In this document: positions 1 through 9,332 of the stretch, piece by piece
Position numbering within the stretch: position 1 is the first letter of the stretch
How the letters are laid out: the number at the start of each line of letters is the position of its first letter
Source of the DNA: Candidatus Bathyarchaeota archaeon
GTDB lineage: Archaea; Thermoproteota; Bathyarchaeia; Bathyarchaeales; Bathycorpusculaceae
Direction: 5' to 3'
Length of the DNA stretch: 64,000 bases
Assembly: GCA_963826715.1 (NCBI GenBank)
Contig: CAWGYA010000008.1
Location: forward strand, 1,088,001 to 1,152,000
Translations under genes and position numbers: made by a program
The notes under the pieces: generated by a model
The model's input: the letters and a program-made list of their open reading frames with translations, nothing else
What the model was told of the DNA's origin: nothing
The model's database searches: none

Positions 1-252
1 TGGAGGTAGGGCGCTTCCTATTTATCTCCTTCACCTAAGTTTGTGTAGGCGATTCCTTTTTGGTTCCTGCGTTTGATTTGGTTTGTTGGGCGCGTGGCGT
101 TTTTGACGTAGCTCCACGGCGAGGACTTCTGTTTGGGCATGAAGGGTTTTTCTGAAGTTGGGAATAATGTCTGCCTTTTCTGGATGTTTTCTGAGTAGGT
201 GTGTGTGGAAAGCGCTTTAAGGGGTTCCACCATATTTGAGGGTGTGATTGCT

Positions 253-822
253 TTGCTGCGTGAATTCGTTCTTTTCTCGCGACTCGGAAAAACCGATTCC
301 AACTTTAGCAGCCTTCATGACGCCGGTAGACTCGACATAGTCCACGAATGCATTGTCAGCGGCCTTTTCCTCTCCCACGGATTGCGCAGAGACGTTGCTT
401 TTCACGCGGTCCTCAACGGAGCCCCAAATCCGCCAGTACACATTCAAATTGACGGCGAAACCCTCTATGATGTCCGCACCGACATGGAAACTTGGCAGCA
501 GATCCTCAAAAAAACGTTAGCGGGCAAACCTCATCCGGGCATAACCAAAGACAGAACCGCCTTTGAAACTTTGCTTAGAGCTAAGGCACAGACGCATCAG
601 GTCTATGTGCTTGAGGAAGACGGAAAAAACGTGGATGAGGTGTCTTTCCCAGAGAACAGTCTTTTTGTGCTGGGCGACCACGTGGGATTGCCCAAGAAAG
701 CAGAGGCTTTCGTTTTGCGGTTTGGAGAAAAAATCAGCCTTGGCAAAACACCCTATTTAGCGGCATCCTGCATAAACATAATAAATTACACTCTGGACAG
801 GCAGTCTAAACATCGCTTCTAA
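253..822 (+). CDS. trmY: tRNA (pseudouridine54-N1)-methyltransferase, SPOUT family
   Basis: Motifs REFVLFS, GRLDIVHECI, LSHGLRRDV, FVLGDHVG, ISLG..PYLA. TTG start at 253 chosen because a GAGGGTG SD precedes it (track ORF starts at 199). Confidence 0.85.
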   Translation: MLREFVLFSRLGKTDSNFSSLHDAGRLDIVHECIVSGLFLSHGLRRDVAFHAVLNGAPNPPVHIQIDGETLYDVRTDMETWQQILKKTLAGKPHPGITKDRTAFETLLRAKAQTHQVYVLEEDGKNVDEVSFPENSLFVLGDHVGLPKKAEAFVLRFGEKISLGKTPYLAASCINIINYTLDRQSKHRF

Positions 823-1822
823 AATGCTCCCATCCCCGCGCTTCAATTTCACGTGTTACGCCACCAACATTTAACAACAAATGCTTCTCTGCTGTTGCAT
901 ACCCAATTCTAACAAGGTTTCCACCAACAGCTTTCACTGCAGCCTCCGCCACAGCCCAACTATCAGGTTTAACTGTGACCACCAACTCGTATTCTTCGCC
1001 TCCATAAAGAGTCAACTCCACCGCATCCACTCCATTAAACATCGCAAACTGCATCGCTTCTTTGGCAACAGGTAGCCTATCTACCACAAACCCTACCTTA
1101 CTCAGTCGTGCCAATTCATGTAAACTCCACGCTAAGCCATCACTTGAATCAATAGACGAAGACACCATCCCACAACCTGAAAGTGCCAACCCCTCTGCAA
1201 GTTTGGCTTTTGGGATAAGAACAGCTTCAGTTAAGCAGCGTTGAAGCTCCTCTGAAGCCACACCGCCAACTAACATCAGCCGAAGCCCCGCCGAGGTTTT
1301 GCCAAACAAACCTGTCACAGCCAATATATCACCTGGTTTGGCTCCTGAACGCAGCATTAGCTTAGCTTTTTCTGAGGTTCCAAACAATGAGATAGAGATG
1401 ATGAGGTCACTAGATTCGTTGGTATCGCCACCAACCACATAGGCGCCATATTCCCTTGCTCCCGCATTCAATCCCTTAGTAATTGCTTCGATATCAGATA
1501 GCGTGAAATTGCTGGGTAAACCTAAAGCCACTAGAGCAGCAGTGGGTGCCACGCCTTTAGCTGCAAAGTCACTTACGTTCATTACTATGCTTTTACGAGC
1601 GGCTTGATATAGGCTCATTTCTTTTGGTACATCAGTTTTCGCCACCAGCATGTCGGTTTTCAGAACCGCCACTCGTTTCCCGCTAAGGTCTATTGCAGAA
1701 ACGTCGTCGCCGAATGGTACCGCAATGTTCGGCATTGCCGCAAGGTGTTGCTCTATAATCTTAATGATTCGATGTTCACCCAACTCGGAAGCTGATGTCT
1801 TTGCAGTTTCGGGTTCGCTCAT
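806..1822 (-). CDS. thiL: Thiamine-monophosphate kinase
   Basis: FGDD, KTDML, NVSDFAAKG, VGGDTN, DSSDGL, GGEEYEL and C-terminal GWEHF motifs. Confidence 0.93.
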   Translation of the reverse strand: MSEPETAKTSASELGEHRIIKIIEQHLAAMPNIAVPFGDDVSAIDLSGKRVAVLKTDMLVAKTDVPKEMSLYQAARKSIVMNVSDFAAKGVAPTAALVALGLPSNFTLSDIEAITKGLNAGAREYGAYVVGGDTNESSDLIISISLFGTSEKAKLMLRSGAKPGDILAVTGLFGKTSAGLRLMLVGGVASEELQRCLTEAVLIPKAKLAEGLALSGCGMVSSSIDSSDGLAWSLHELARLSKVGFVVDRLPVAKEAMQFAMFNGVDAVELTLYGGEEYELVVTVKPDSWAVAEAAVKAVGGNLVRIGYATAEKHLLLNVGGVTREIEARGWEHFRSDV

Positions 1823-1893
1823 TTTGTCACGCCTGTTTTAAATCTAGGCTTGTGAACATTTAAAAATTGGTGTTTCATTGTTTAGCCTTTGAC

Positions 1894-1970
1894 GCCCCGA
1901 TGGCTCAGCCTGGTAGAGCGGCTGCCTCGTAAGCAGCAGGCCGCGGGATCAAAGCCCGCTCGAGGCTCCA
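1894..1970 (+). tRNA. tRNA-Thr(CGT), CCA encoded
   Basis: Cloverleaf GCCCCGA-TG-GCTC AGCCTGGTA GAGC-G-GCTGC CTCGTAA GCAGC-AGGCC-GCGGG ATCAAAG CCCGC-TCGAGGC-T-CCA. Confidence 0.92.
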
Positions 1971-2638
1971 TTTCTAAAAATTATTTATCGGGTTTTTCGC
2001 TTTTAATTAATTCTTAAATTAAAAATTGAATGGTGGAGCTTACAGAAAAATGGGGGTAAATTTGTCGGGTCTTGATTTAAGTGGCTTTCTACTATGGCAT
2101 CAATCTCCATTTGTTTTTTGACATTTTTAATTTAGAGCTGCACTCTCTTTGAGGAATTTTTTATATTTTATTTGATAATACGTAAATCCAGCCATCAGCG
2201 AGCTTGCACCAAACACTATTAAGAGTATGTTTTCGGCTATCATCTTTTTCATCACACATGGGGGAAATAGAGGTTTTCTTTTGAGGTTGTTTTCCTGTTT
2301 TTCTCCATTTATTCCACCGCTTATGAGTATTGTTCGGGCTTCGGCGAATATAAACCTGTTTAAGATTTGTTCATAATTATTGTGCAGATGTGGATATGTG
2401 TACGATTTATTTTTACTTTACCAAATGAACGTTGGATATTGTACCTATTGACTTTACAAATGTAGAAAACAGCATCTGCTATCACAAATAGAAAAAAGCT
2501 GTTTTGCCTCAACCTAATGGGGCTGAATTGGGTTTTTGTATTTATGTTGTACATTCAGATCAGAAACCCTGTGATGAAGCAAAGTTTATTAAATCTTAAG
2601 ATGACTGAAGTGATTGTGTGTTTGGACGTGATGATAGA

Positions 2639-2971
2639 ATGCAGTTTTTCCATGGACATCAAAACGAAAAGCTTCGTTGTCCATACAAGGGCTGCGAAAA
2701 AAAATTCGACAAACCTACTGTCATAACCGATACCTCAATAATTCCGCGGCAGACCCACTACGCTTGCCCCTATTGTATGTCTCGTCTTAACATCCAAACT
2801 GAACATTACAAGATTATTAGTGTTAAAACCGCTGAGTACCCCACGGTTTTAGATTCACCTGCCAAATGCGCCCATTTTAGCGGACTACTTAACAATCCAC
2901 ATGAAAATACCTTAACTGAAGAGTGTTTACTTTGCCCCAAAGTACTTCAATGTAACGTCCGAAAAAAATAG
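2639..2971 (+). CDS. Small multi-Cys/His zinc-binding protein
   Basis: CPYKGC, CPYC, CAH and ECLLCPKVLQC. ATG at 2639 follows a GTGA-type SD. Confidence 0.7.
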   Translation: MQFFHGHQNEKLRCPYKGCEKKFDKPTVITDTSIIPRQTHYACPYCMSRLNIQTEHYKIISVKTAEYPTVLDSPAKCAHFSGLLNNPHENTLTEECLLCPKVLQCNVRKK

Positions 2972-3140
2972 AGGGGCTATTTTGGTATCTGCAACAAAAC
3001 TGTGTTAGCATCCCCAAAAAACTGAAAACCGATGATTTCCGCAAGACCGTCGTAACAACGTTTGTTATATATTTGTTGCCAAAAATAGCTGATGGAGAAC
3101 TTATTTTTTATATATTTTTGGGAGCACTACAGAAGGGGCT

Positions 3141-3539
3141 CTAAAGCAGGATTCTTTTGATTATCCAGGTGTGACTGGCTGTTTTCTCCATGAAAACACT
3201 GATTTTGTTTCCGCCGATGTTCATGCACAGTACCTTTACATTTTTGCCTTCAACTATCACGCTTTCAATGGTGGTTAAATTAAAATGCCTTCCAATCTCA
3301 TGGCTAGCAGTATGTATCTGAAGCGACATTAAGGCATAATCATCGATTTTGCCCTGCTCAATTAAATCTACAATTGCTGAAGCTTCACTGCGTAGTATAT
3401 AACCTATTACACCTTTTAATTTGCGAATCTCCGCCAAGCTTGCAGCAAGATTGGCGAAAACAGAGTTATCTACTGCCATAGAGACCGATGATGATAAATC
3501 TGCGAGTTGTGTGGTGGTCTGCTCTGGATTAAGCTGCAT
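3141..3539 (-). CDS. Roadblock/LC7 (MglB-like) domain protein
   Basis: Pattern L.EI.KL.GVIGYIL... followed by IESVIVEGKNVKVLCM.IG...ISVFMEK is typical of the Roadblock fold. Confidence 0.65.
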   Translation of the reverse strand: MQLNPEQTTTQLADLSSSVSMAVDNSVFANLAASLAEIRKLKGVIGYILRSEASAIVDLIEQGKIDDYALMSLQIHTASHEIGRHFNLTTIESVIVEGKNVKVLCMNIGGNKISVFMEKTASHTWIIKRILL

Positions 3540-4324
3540 TAGATCTCCTCGGTTATAAATGGTTTAATGATAACTAATTTGCCTTTATCACATTGTAGCG
3601 ACTGAAGGATTTTCTCAGGGACTTGGATGACGCCTTTGATGTTAGATTTGCCCTCTTTTTTAGGCTTAAATTTACAGGTGATAGTTTTGCCATCCAAAGT
3701 TTCAACTATGACATGGGTGAACTGTTTTTCACCATACAGGTTTTCCCATTTAATTATTACTTCAGGGTCTATCCGAACTGTGTCCTGTGTAACCAGCAAC
3801 CCAGAAATTTTCTCCACCATAAACTGCATAGTAGGTGCTTTAGGCAGAAACCGCGTTACGATCACAGACGGGTCAGTTTTGGTTTCTGTACCCGCTTTTT
3901 CTTTAGCAGGTAAAACAGCATTTTCGCTAAGTTTTGAAGTTAGCAGAGCATCCTCTTTATCTGTCAACTTGGGGGCTGCATTGAAGGCCAGGCGAATAAT
4001 TGTTGGAATAACTACTTGAGTAATCGAAGACACTATTTTCTGATTCCCCATACGGGAAGAAACCGTTGCCAGATAGTAGTCATCTACTTTGTTTATGCTA
4101 AGATGGCTGGCAGAATCGAGAATGGTGAAGGTTTCGATTCCGCCGATGCTATTAGCTTTTATTTTGTTGAGGCAAGCGGATAGTCCTTGAGTTTGATCAG
4201 CGGTCGCGTTTTCACTGTTTGCAATGATTGCTCCATCTTTTTTGAGGACAAACGCGTTTGTTATGTCTGGGGTTAAATTTTTTATTTCTCCCATAATAAT
4301 TTGTAAGCTACTGTTTTGGCTCAC
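3539..4324 (-). CDS. Two-domain protein: N-terminal Roadblock-like domain, linker, C-terminal beta-barrel-like domain
   Basis: N-term EIKNL.PDITNAFVLKKDGAIIA. C-term DTVRID...GVIQVPEKILQSL...GKLVIIKP resembles a double-psi/AbrB-type barrel. Stop overlaps the next start. Confidence 0.55.
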   Translation of the reverse strand: MSQNSSLQIIMGEIKNLTPDITNAFVLKKDGAIIANSENATADQTQGLSACLNKIKANSIGGIETFTILDSASHLSINKVDDYYLATVSSRMGNQKIVSSITQVVIPTIIRLAFNAAPKLTDKEDALLTSKLSENAVLPAKEKAGTETKTDPSVIVTRFLPKAPTMQFMVEKISGLLVTQDTVRIDPEVIIKWENLYGEKQFTHVIVETLDGKTITCKFKPKKEGKSNIKGVIQVPEKILQSLQCDKGKLVIIKPFITEEI

Positions 4325-4339
4325 TTCTCTTCTTTCCTG

Positions 4340-4765
4340 TTAAGCGATTTTGAAGAGTATACGTTCTGGTATGCCTTCGTCTTCTAGTACAAAGTACTTG
4401 AGACCCTCGGTGTCTCCGAGTTGATCCAACCACTTGAGTGCTTCACGAACTTTCTGCAAAACTAAAAGCCTCTCTTGGTGGCTACGCACCACAGACTCTA
4501 TAGCAGAGAGTTCATGGAAGGGGGTGGCGTCTAACACAATATTTAATGTACCGACGGTGATTTCACCGGGGCTATCGTTGGAAGTTTTTTTACCTGCTAA
4601 TTTGAGAACTACTTCGCGGATTTTTTTAGATTTTTCAGCTAAAGTGCGAATTTCGTCGAGTTTGCGAAGATATTCGCCCAAGACACTTTTAGTTTCAGAT
4701 AGCTGCTTATCGAGGGCTTCAGCTATAGCTTGAGCGGATGTGTACTCCTTGATTTGTATAACCAT
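4340..4765 (-). CDS. Conserved hypothetical coiled-coil protein
   Basis: 141-aa ORF with GGAG SD and heptad-like helices, operon-like spacing. Confidence 0.7.
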   Translation of the reverse strand: MVIQIKEYTSAQAIAEALDKQLSETKSVLGEYLRKLDEIRTLAEKSKKIREVVLKLAGKKTSNDSPGEITVGTLNIVLDATPFHELSAIESVVRSHQERLLVLQKVREALKWLDQLGDTEGLKYFVLEDEGIPERILFKIA

Positions 4766-4789
4766 AATTTTGTGCTCCTAACTTTTGTT

Positions 4790-4830
4790 ATAAAGAGAAA
4801 AGGAAAATTGAGGTGAAATCGCTCTCACCT
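4790..4830 (-). terminator. Putative intra-operon terminator after the pilin gene
   Basis: Hairpin AGGTGA(4811-16)/TCACCT(4825-30) followed on the minus strand by the U-rich run TTTTCCTTTTCTCTTT. Confidence 0.4.
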
Positions 4831-4861
4831 TACCCCTAAGTTCTAAATTTTCGTTAGATGT

Positions 4862-5308
4862 TTATGGGTTGTAAGTGATGGTATATGGGATAGTTGTGCC
4901 TTTGGCGGTGACTAGTTTTATTGAATATTGAGCACCTGGGCTAAAGTCAACGTCATTAGTCAAAGTGAAAGTAACTGTTTTACCTTTTGCAACATCGGTA
5001 TTTGTGATCGTCGCATTAATGTTTGCTATGTCAACAGCTGCTCCATCAATACTCGCTGAGTCAATGGTTATGGTGGCTGTTCCTGTATTTCGAACGTCAA
5101 GACAAACAATAGTTGCATCAGCTGCGTCAAATGAGTAGTTTGTTATTGATACTTGTTCTGCGTTTCCCATGAGTCCGATGGTCATTCCGCCCATCCATGC
5201 TGCGACGACGACGCTGACGGCTACTGTGACTGCGATGAGTATGATTGAGGCTACTACTGGGCTTAGGGCTTTTGTGTTTTTCCTTATTTTTCTGTATAGG
5301 TTGTTCAT
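4862..5308 (-). CDS. Archaeal type IV pilin / archaellin-like protein
   Basis: Class III signal peptide MNNLYRKIRKNTKA|LSPVVASIILIAVTVAVSV, then an Ig-like domain (VRNTGT). Start placed at ATG 5308. Confidence 0.85.
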   Translation of the reverse strand: MNNLYRKIRKNTKALSPVVASIILIAVTVAVSVVVAAWMGGMTIGLMGNAEQVSITNYSFDAADATIVCLDVRNTGTATITIDSASIDGAAVDIANINATITNTDVAKGKTVTFTLTNDVDFSPGAQYSIKLVTAKGTTIPYTITYNP

Positions 5309-5461
5309 TTTTTGTTTCCCTTTATGGTTTTCTAATATGGATTTCAAAGAAGAACCATTTAAGTATTGCGACTTAATACACAATACTAAGTATTCGTTGA
5401 ACGCCAATACAGTTGCCGATAAAATTAAAGAAAATAAGAAACAGAGAACAAAATTATGAGT

Positions 5462-5797
5462 TTAAACATCTAACTCATCAAAGAATCCGAGAAGAAGTTT
5501 GGCAACTTTTTCGCCCAACTCAGTTTTCAAATAGTATTTTTTGAGTGGGTCGATGCGTTCGCTCTTTGCTAAACCCAAAGATTCAATTTCTATCATTCTT
5601 GCCCTAAATGTGCCATCGCTAAGTGTTAGGCTGTTGTCGCGCATGAAATCTTTTGCGTCTTTCCATTTGCCGCGTCCGATATATAGCAAAAGTAGGCAGT
5701 CAATGGCGTGGTCTTTTTCGAGCATTGCCTTAATAGAAGCCATCTTGGGGTCAGTAAGCAGGTGCTTTATCTTCTCTTCGTTCACATTTTTCACCAT
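5462..5797 (-). CDS. Winged-helix DNA-binding protein
   Basis: LSDGTFRARMIEIESLGL...YYLKTELGEKVA is a HxlR/MarR-like wing. Strong AGGAG SD. Confidence 0.65.
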   Translation of the reverse strand: MVKNVNEEKIKHLLTDPKMASIKAMLEKDHAIDCLLLLYIGRGKWKDAKDFMRDNSLTLSDGTFRARMIEIESLGLAKSERIDPLKKYYLKTELGEKVAKLLLGFFDELDV

Positions 5798-6087
5798 TTG
5801 TGTTATCTCCTTTCATTTTGATTATTGGGTAGGCACCTAAGCTTTTAAACTATATTACGAATTACGAAACATATCTTCTGATGCCTGCTTTCCCGTTTTA
5901 ACAATACGCACCACCTCCCTTATAAGCTTGCAATAAAGAACCGTTTCGGAGCATCAACCACAACAATTGGGTATGCAACATAGCAAATCAGAAACAGATG
6001 TAAAGGTTTTGATTCTTTGAGTGGGCACCATTACGATTACAGAAACCCTTAACAACGCAGAAGCTTCCCAGTTTACAGGGTATATCA

Positions 6088-6672
6088 TTGGTAGACAGTG
6101 TCGAATACCAGGTTCCTTCATGCAACCAAATCTATCATATGCTCTTTCGCCAAGCCCAAAAAATCAAAAATCACCCCTTTCGCCCTGAAGTTGTGGTTGG
6201 TATTGCCCGAGGTGGCATTGTGCCCGCCAGATTTTTAGCGGATTTTCTTGAGACACTGCAGTTCGGCATATTGCAGATTGAATTATATTTGGATATTGGT
6301 ATAGCCAAAACTGAACCAACTCTGAAACATGAGCTAACATGCAAAGTCTCAGGCAAAACGGTTTTGCTTGTAGATGATATCGCTGATAGTGGCAAGACAT
6401 TACAGTTTGCGATAATCCACTTGACCCAACTAGGTGCAGCTTCGGTTAAAACTGCCACCCTATACCATAAACCCCATTCTGTATTCACACCAGACTTCTA
6501 CGAGAAACAAACCAGCAATTGGGTGGTTTTTCCATGGGATCTACAGGAAACCCTGAGAAAAATTATACAGAAGCAAAAGGGGAAGCGACAGGTAAATAGG
6601 GAAATCGCAAATCTTGTAAACGCGGGTTTACCTAAAACTTTAGCGGATAAACTCTTAAAAGACATGCTGTAA
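6088..6672 (+). CDS. Purine phosphoribosyltransferase (type I PRTase)
   Basis: GIARGG, VLLVDDIADSGKT PRPP loop, WVVFPW. Confidence 0.88.
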   Translation: MVDSVEYQVPSCNQIYHMLFRQAQKIKNHPFRPEVVVGIARGGIVPARFLADFLETLQFGILQIELYLDIGIAKTEPTLKHELTCKVSGKTVLLVDDIADSGKTLQFAIIHLTQLGAASVKTATLYHKPHSVFTPDFYEKQTSNWVVFPWDLQETLRKIIQKQKGKRQVNREIANLVNAGLPKTLADKLLKDML

Positions 6673-6684
6673 GAGCAAAAAGGT

Positions 6685-7248
6685 ATGCTACATTTAATCG
6701 AGGAATACGGTGAATATGTGGAAATCACAGGTTACTCTGAAGTGTCGTTCGATGTGGCAGAGGCGTTCTTGAAACTCAATCGCAACCAAGCTTCAATGGG
6801 CATTGAAATCCAATTCTTCGATGCGAGCTTAATCGCGTCTTGGCTGCACCTCTACTTTGCAGTTCAAAATGCAATTGTGGCTTTCAGGGGTAAAACCAAC
6901 GTTACTAAAAGTGTGGCAGTGGAGACGGTGTTGTATGCTGCTGCTGAGCGACAAATCCAGAAATCCATTGCAAAAATAGGCATAAAATCTCAAACCGAAA
7001 ATATTGCAGTTATTATAGTTGGAAAAAACTGTGAGTTAGTGAAGAGGATGTTGGCGGAAATTTCGGTATCTTTTGGTGGCAAGATTGATGAATCGGTTTT
7101 GGAGTTAACTAAACAGAAAATAGCGAAAATCCGTGAAGTATTCAATATATCCCAAAATGAGGTTGACTCTGCTACAAGAAGCTCCGCAGAAGAGGCGGTT
7201 GTGAACTTGGTTATTGAACGAGTAGCGTTATTGGCGACTCAGATTTAA
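6685..7248 (+). CDS. cgi121: KEOPS complex subunit Cgi121
   Basis: IQFFDA..IAS..HL.FA, E.VLYAAAERQI.K.I.KIG, C-terminal IERVALL. Confidence 0.85.
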   Translation: MLHLIEEYGEYVEITGYSEVSFDVAEAFLKLNRNQASMGIEIQFFDASLIASWLHLYFAVQNAIVAFRGKTNVTKSVAVETVLYAAAERQIQKSIAKIGIKSQTENIAVIIVGKNCELVKRMLAEISVSFGGKIDESVLELTKQKIAKIREVFNISQNEVDSATRSSAEEAVVNLVIERVALLATQI

Positions 7249-7772
7249 AGCAGTTTTTCTTTGACAACAGCCAAAACATCGCTGGGTTTTAGCAACGAAA
7301 TGCCTGTCAATGCACCCAAAACCTCGATCTGTAGAATCCAATCAGGATTTTTGAGGTCAACCTTATTTTTAATGTCGCCTGCTGCAGCTTCAATTATGTC
7401 TCTGGAATGGAGCTCAGTGAAACGCTTCTCAACTGTAACCCGAAAGGTTTGATTCTCGCCGATTTTCTCCGACATCTCTTTTGTTGCTTTCTGTATTTCC
7501 TCCAAATCCGTTTGTACAACCTTCTGCACCGGCACAATACGCAGAGCATAACGAAAAATGTAGGGTCGTTCAGCAAGGATACCGCGAAATTTCTCCATGG
7601 CGGCAAGAGGGTCTTGGGCGGTTTTGACCACGATTAACCCTCGGATTTTTGTTTTGCTTGCTTTAGCTTCAGCATCACCAAGTTCGTCTTTGAGGATGAA
7701 GAGGATTTCATTTATCATTGCACGTTCGTTGCCACGGGAAGTAGTAACTATGAGGTTAAGGTCATTTATCAT
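7245..7772 (-). CDS. THUMP-domain RNA-binding protein (Tan1-like)
   Basis: TFRVTVEKR and KVDLKNPDWILQIEVL THUMP motifs. Confidence 0.85.
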   Translation of the reverse strand: MINDLNLIVTTSRGNERAMINEILFILKDELGDAEAKASKTKIRGLIVVKTAQDPLAAMEKFRGILAERPYIFRYALRIVPVQKVVQTDLEEIQKATKEMSEKIGENQTFRVTVEKRFTELHSRDIIEAAAGDIKNKVDLKNPDWILQIEVLGALTGISLLKPSDVLAVVKEKLL

Positions 7773-7918
7773 GGGATATTCTCTAGTAGAAGGTGAGTTG
7801 CTGGTTATTTTTGTTTTGCTCCCACATTTTTATGGAATGTTTACTCTAAAAATGTTATATTCTGAAGATTACTTGACTAACTAGTCAGATTTTGTCACCC
7901 ATCTCCAAGATGGCGAAC

Positions 7919-8575
7919 CTAAGTTGCGTATTTTGTTAGGTCTGTGATTCCTGCCTCCCTAAAAGCCTTTTTGCGGTTCATGCAGGATTCGCATTTGCTA
8001 CAGTGCATTTCACCATCCAGATAGCATGACCAAGTCAACTCAAAAGGTACACCAAGCTTAGCGCCCTCGCTGAATAGTTCAGATTTATTGCTACCGCTAA
8101 ACGGTGCTTTGATAGTGATTTCTTTGCATGTGCCAAGTCGTGCGGCTTTTTCGAAGGCTTCGTAGAATTCGCGTCGGCAATCTGGGTAGAAGGGTTCATC
8201 GCTGCCTTGTGCTCCATAGAAGATTTTCTCTGCACCAATTGAAACAGCATAAGCCACTGCGGCAGAAAGGAATATGGCGTTGCGGAAGGGTACGATTATG
8301 GGGTCGCTGAACTCTGTGGTAAGAGGAATTTCACGGTTGACGAGGCTGGTGGAGCCACTAAAGATTTCTTTAAGCGCGGAGAGATCGATGATTTTGCTGA
8401 TTACACCAAGGGTTTCTGCGATTTTTTGGGCACAACCTGTTTCTTTGTGAGCTATTTGCCCGTAGTTGAATGTTATAGGGTAAATTTGGTAGCCCTGCTG
8501 CTTTGCCCAGTACGCTACTGTGGCAGAGTCTGGACCACCACTTAGTACAACAACACATTTCTTCGGTTCCATCAT
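7919..8575 (-). CDS. queC: 7-cyano-7-deazaguanine (preQ0) synthase
   Basis: SGGPDS, FNYGQ, VPFRN, YPDCR, TWSCY and HC..CESC..R. Confidence 0.95.
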   Translation of the reverse strand: MMEPKKCVVVLSGGPDSATVAYWAKQQGYQIYPITFNYGQIAHKETGCAQKIAETLGVISKIIDLSALKEIFSGSTSLVNREIPLTTEFSDPIIVPFRNAIFLSAAVAYAVSIGAEKIFYGAQGSDEPFYPDCRREFYEAFEKAARLGTCKEITIKAPFSGSNKSELFSEGAKLGVPFELTWSCYLDGEMHCSKCESCMNRKKAFREAGITDLTKYAT

Positions 8576-8591
8576 TTTCGTCTCCGTTTGA

Positions 8592-9092
8592 TTATCTTCC
8601 TATCCATTTTTGGATGCCTATCCTCTTGAGTATCTTAAACAGTGGCCAACCTATGAGTACGCTTGCTATGATGTTCCCGAGGGCTACATAAACCATTGTT
8701 GCAAGAAGTGGTAACCCTATTACATAAGAGAGCATCCACCCAACAGTTACACCTAACACTACTGAATAGGCGATGCAAGTTCCAATTACCGTGAAGTCAT
8801 TGTTGGTTTTTTTGTAAACAAAGTAGACTACAAACGCCATTACAAAGGATGGTATCGTGTTTAGTAGGTCGATTGGGCCAAGGGGCGAAAAAAGGTTGGC
8901 GACGATAACGCCCAGGGTGTGACCAAGAACTCCAGCTATACCCAACAGAGGGACTGCTGCAAGCAATGAATCTGCAATTCTGACTTGAAGGGGTCCATAA
9001 GATATTCCTGGAAGGAAAATTACTAGTGCTGCATAAAGCGCAGCATATATCGAGATTAAAGCTAAATCTTTAGTGCGTATTTTCAAATGCAT
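8592..9092 (-). CDS. queT: QueT-family transporter (ECF S component)
   Basis: IYAALY, ISYGPLQVRIAD, G..IVANLFSPLG..D motifs, multiple TM helices, directly upstream of queC. ATG at 9092 follows GGGAG. Confidence 0.85.
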   Translation of the reverse strand: MHLKIRTKDLALISIYAALYAALVIFLPGISYGPLQVRIADSLLAAVPLLGIAGVLGHTLGVIVANLFSPLGPIDLLNTIPSFVMAFVVYFVYKKTNNDFTVIGTCIAYSVVLGVTVGWMLSYVIGLPLLATMVYVALGNIIASVLIGWPLFKILKRIGIQKWIGR

Positions 9093-9160
9093 TTTCTCCC
9101 TATTCCCGGGTTTTATTTTTTGTTGGCGGAACGGGTAGGAGAACCACTCACCCGCCAATC
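9093..9160 (-). promoter_or_regulatory. Putative riboswitch-like 5' UTR (pseudoknot sequestering the RBS) of queT-queC
   Basis: Stem TTGGCGG/CCGCCAA. Loop contains GGTTCTCCTACCCG, complementary to CGGG(AA)TAGG(G)AGAA before the ATG, with an A-rich linker. TATA-like TTTTTAGG ~25 nt upstream. Confidence 0.5.
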
Positions 9161-9332
9161 TGCACCATAAAGTTCCATACATACCTAAAAACATTTGTCC
9201 AACGAAACCATGCCTACCTGGTGTCTCTGTGGTTTCGGCGAAATCTTTAATTAATTCCTTAGAAAGATTACATGTTGCATCTTCCTAGTGGATGGCATTC
9301 CGCACAAACGGAGTTTTAGGGAGCATAAAACT

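Noticed and set aside
18-302. 94-aa minus-strand ORF (or 40 aa from ATG 140)
   Set aside because: Overlaps the trmY start region and has no motif; the short basic version is possible but unsupported.
2000-2620. AT-rich gap downstream of tRNA-Thr(CGT) with 64- and 69-aa ORFs
   Set aside because: No tRNA 3' duplicate found and the ORFs look random.
9093-9194. 34-codon N-terminal extension of queT
   Set aside because: Not QueT-like, would start at the TATA-like box, and an SD sits before ATG 9092; better read as 5' UTR.
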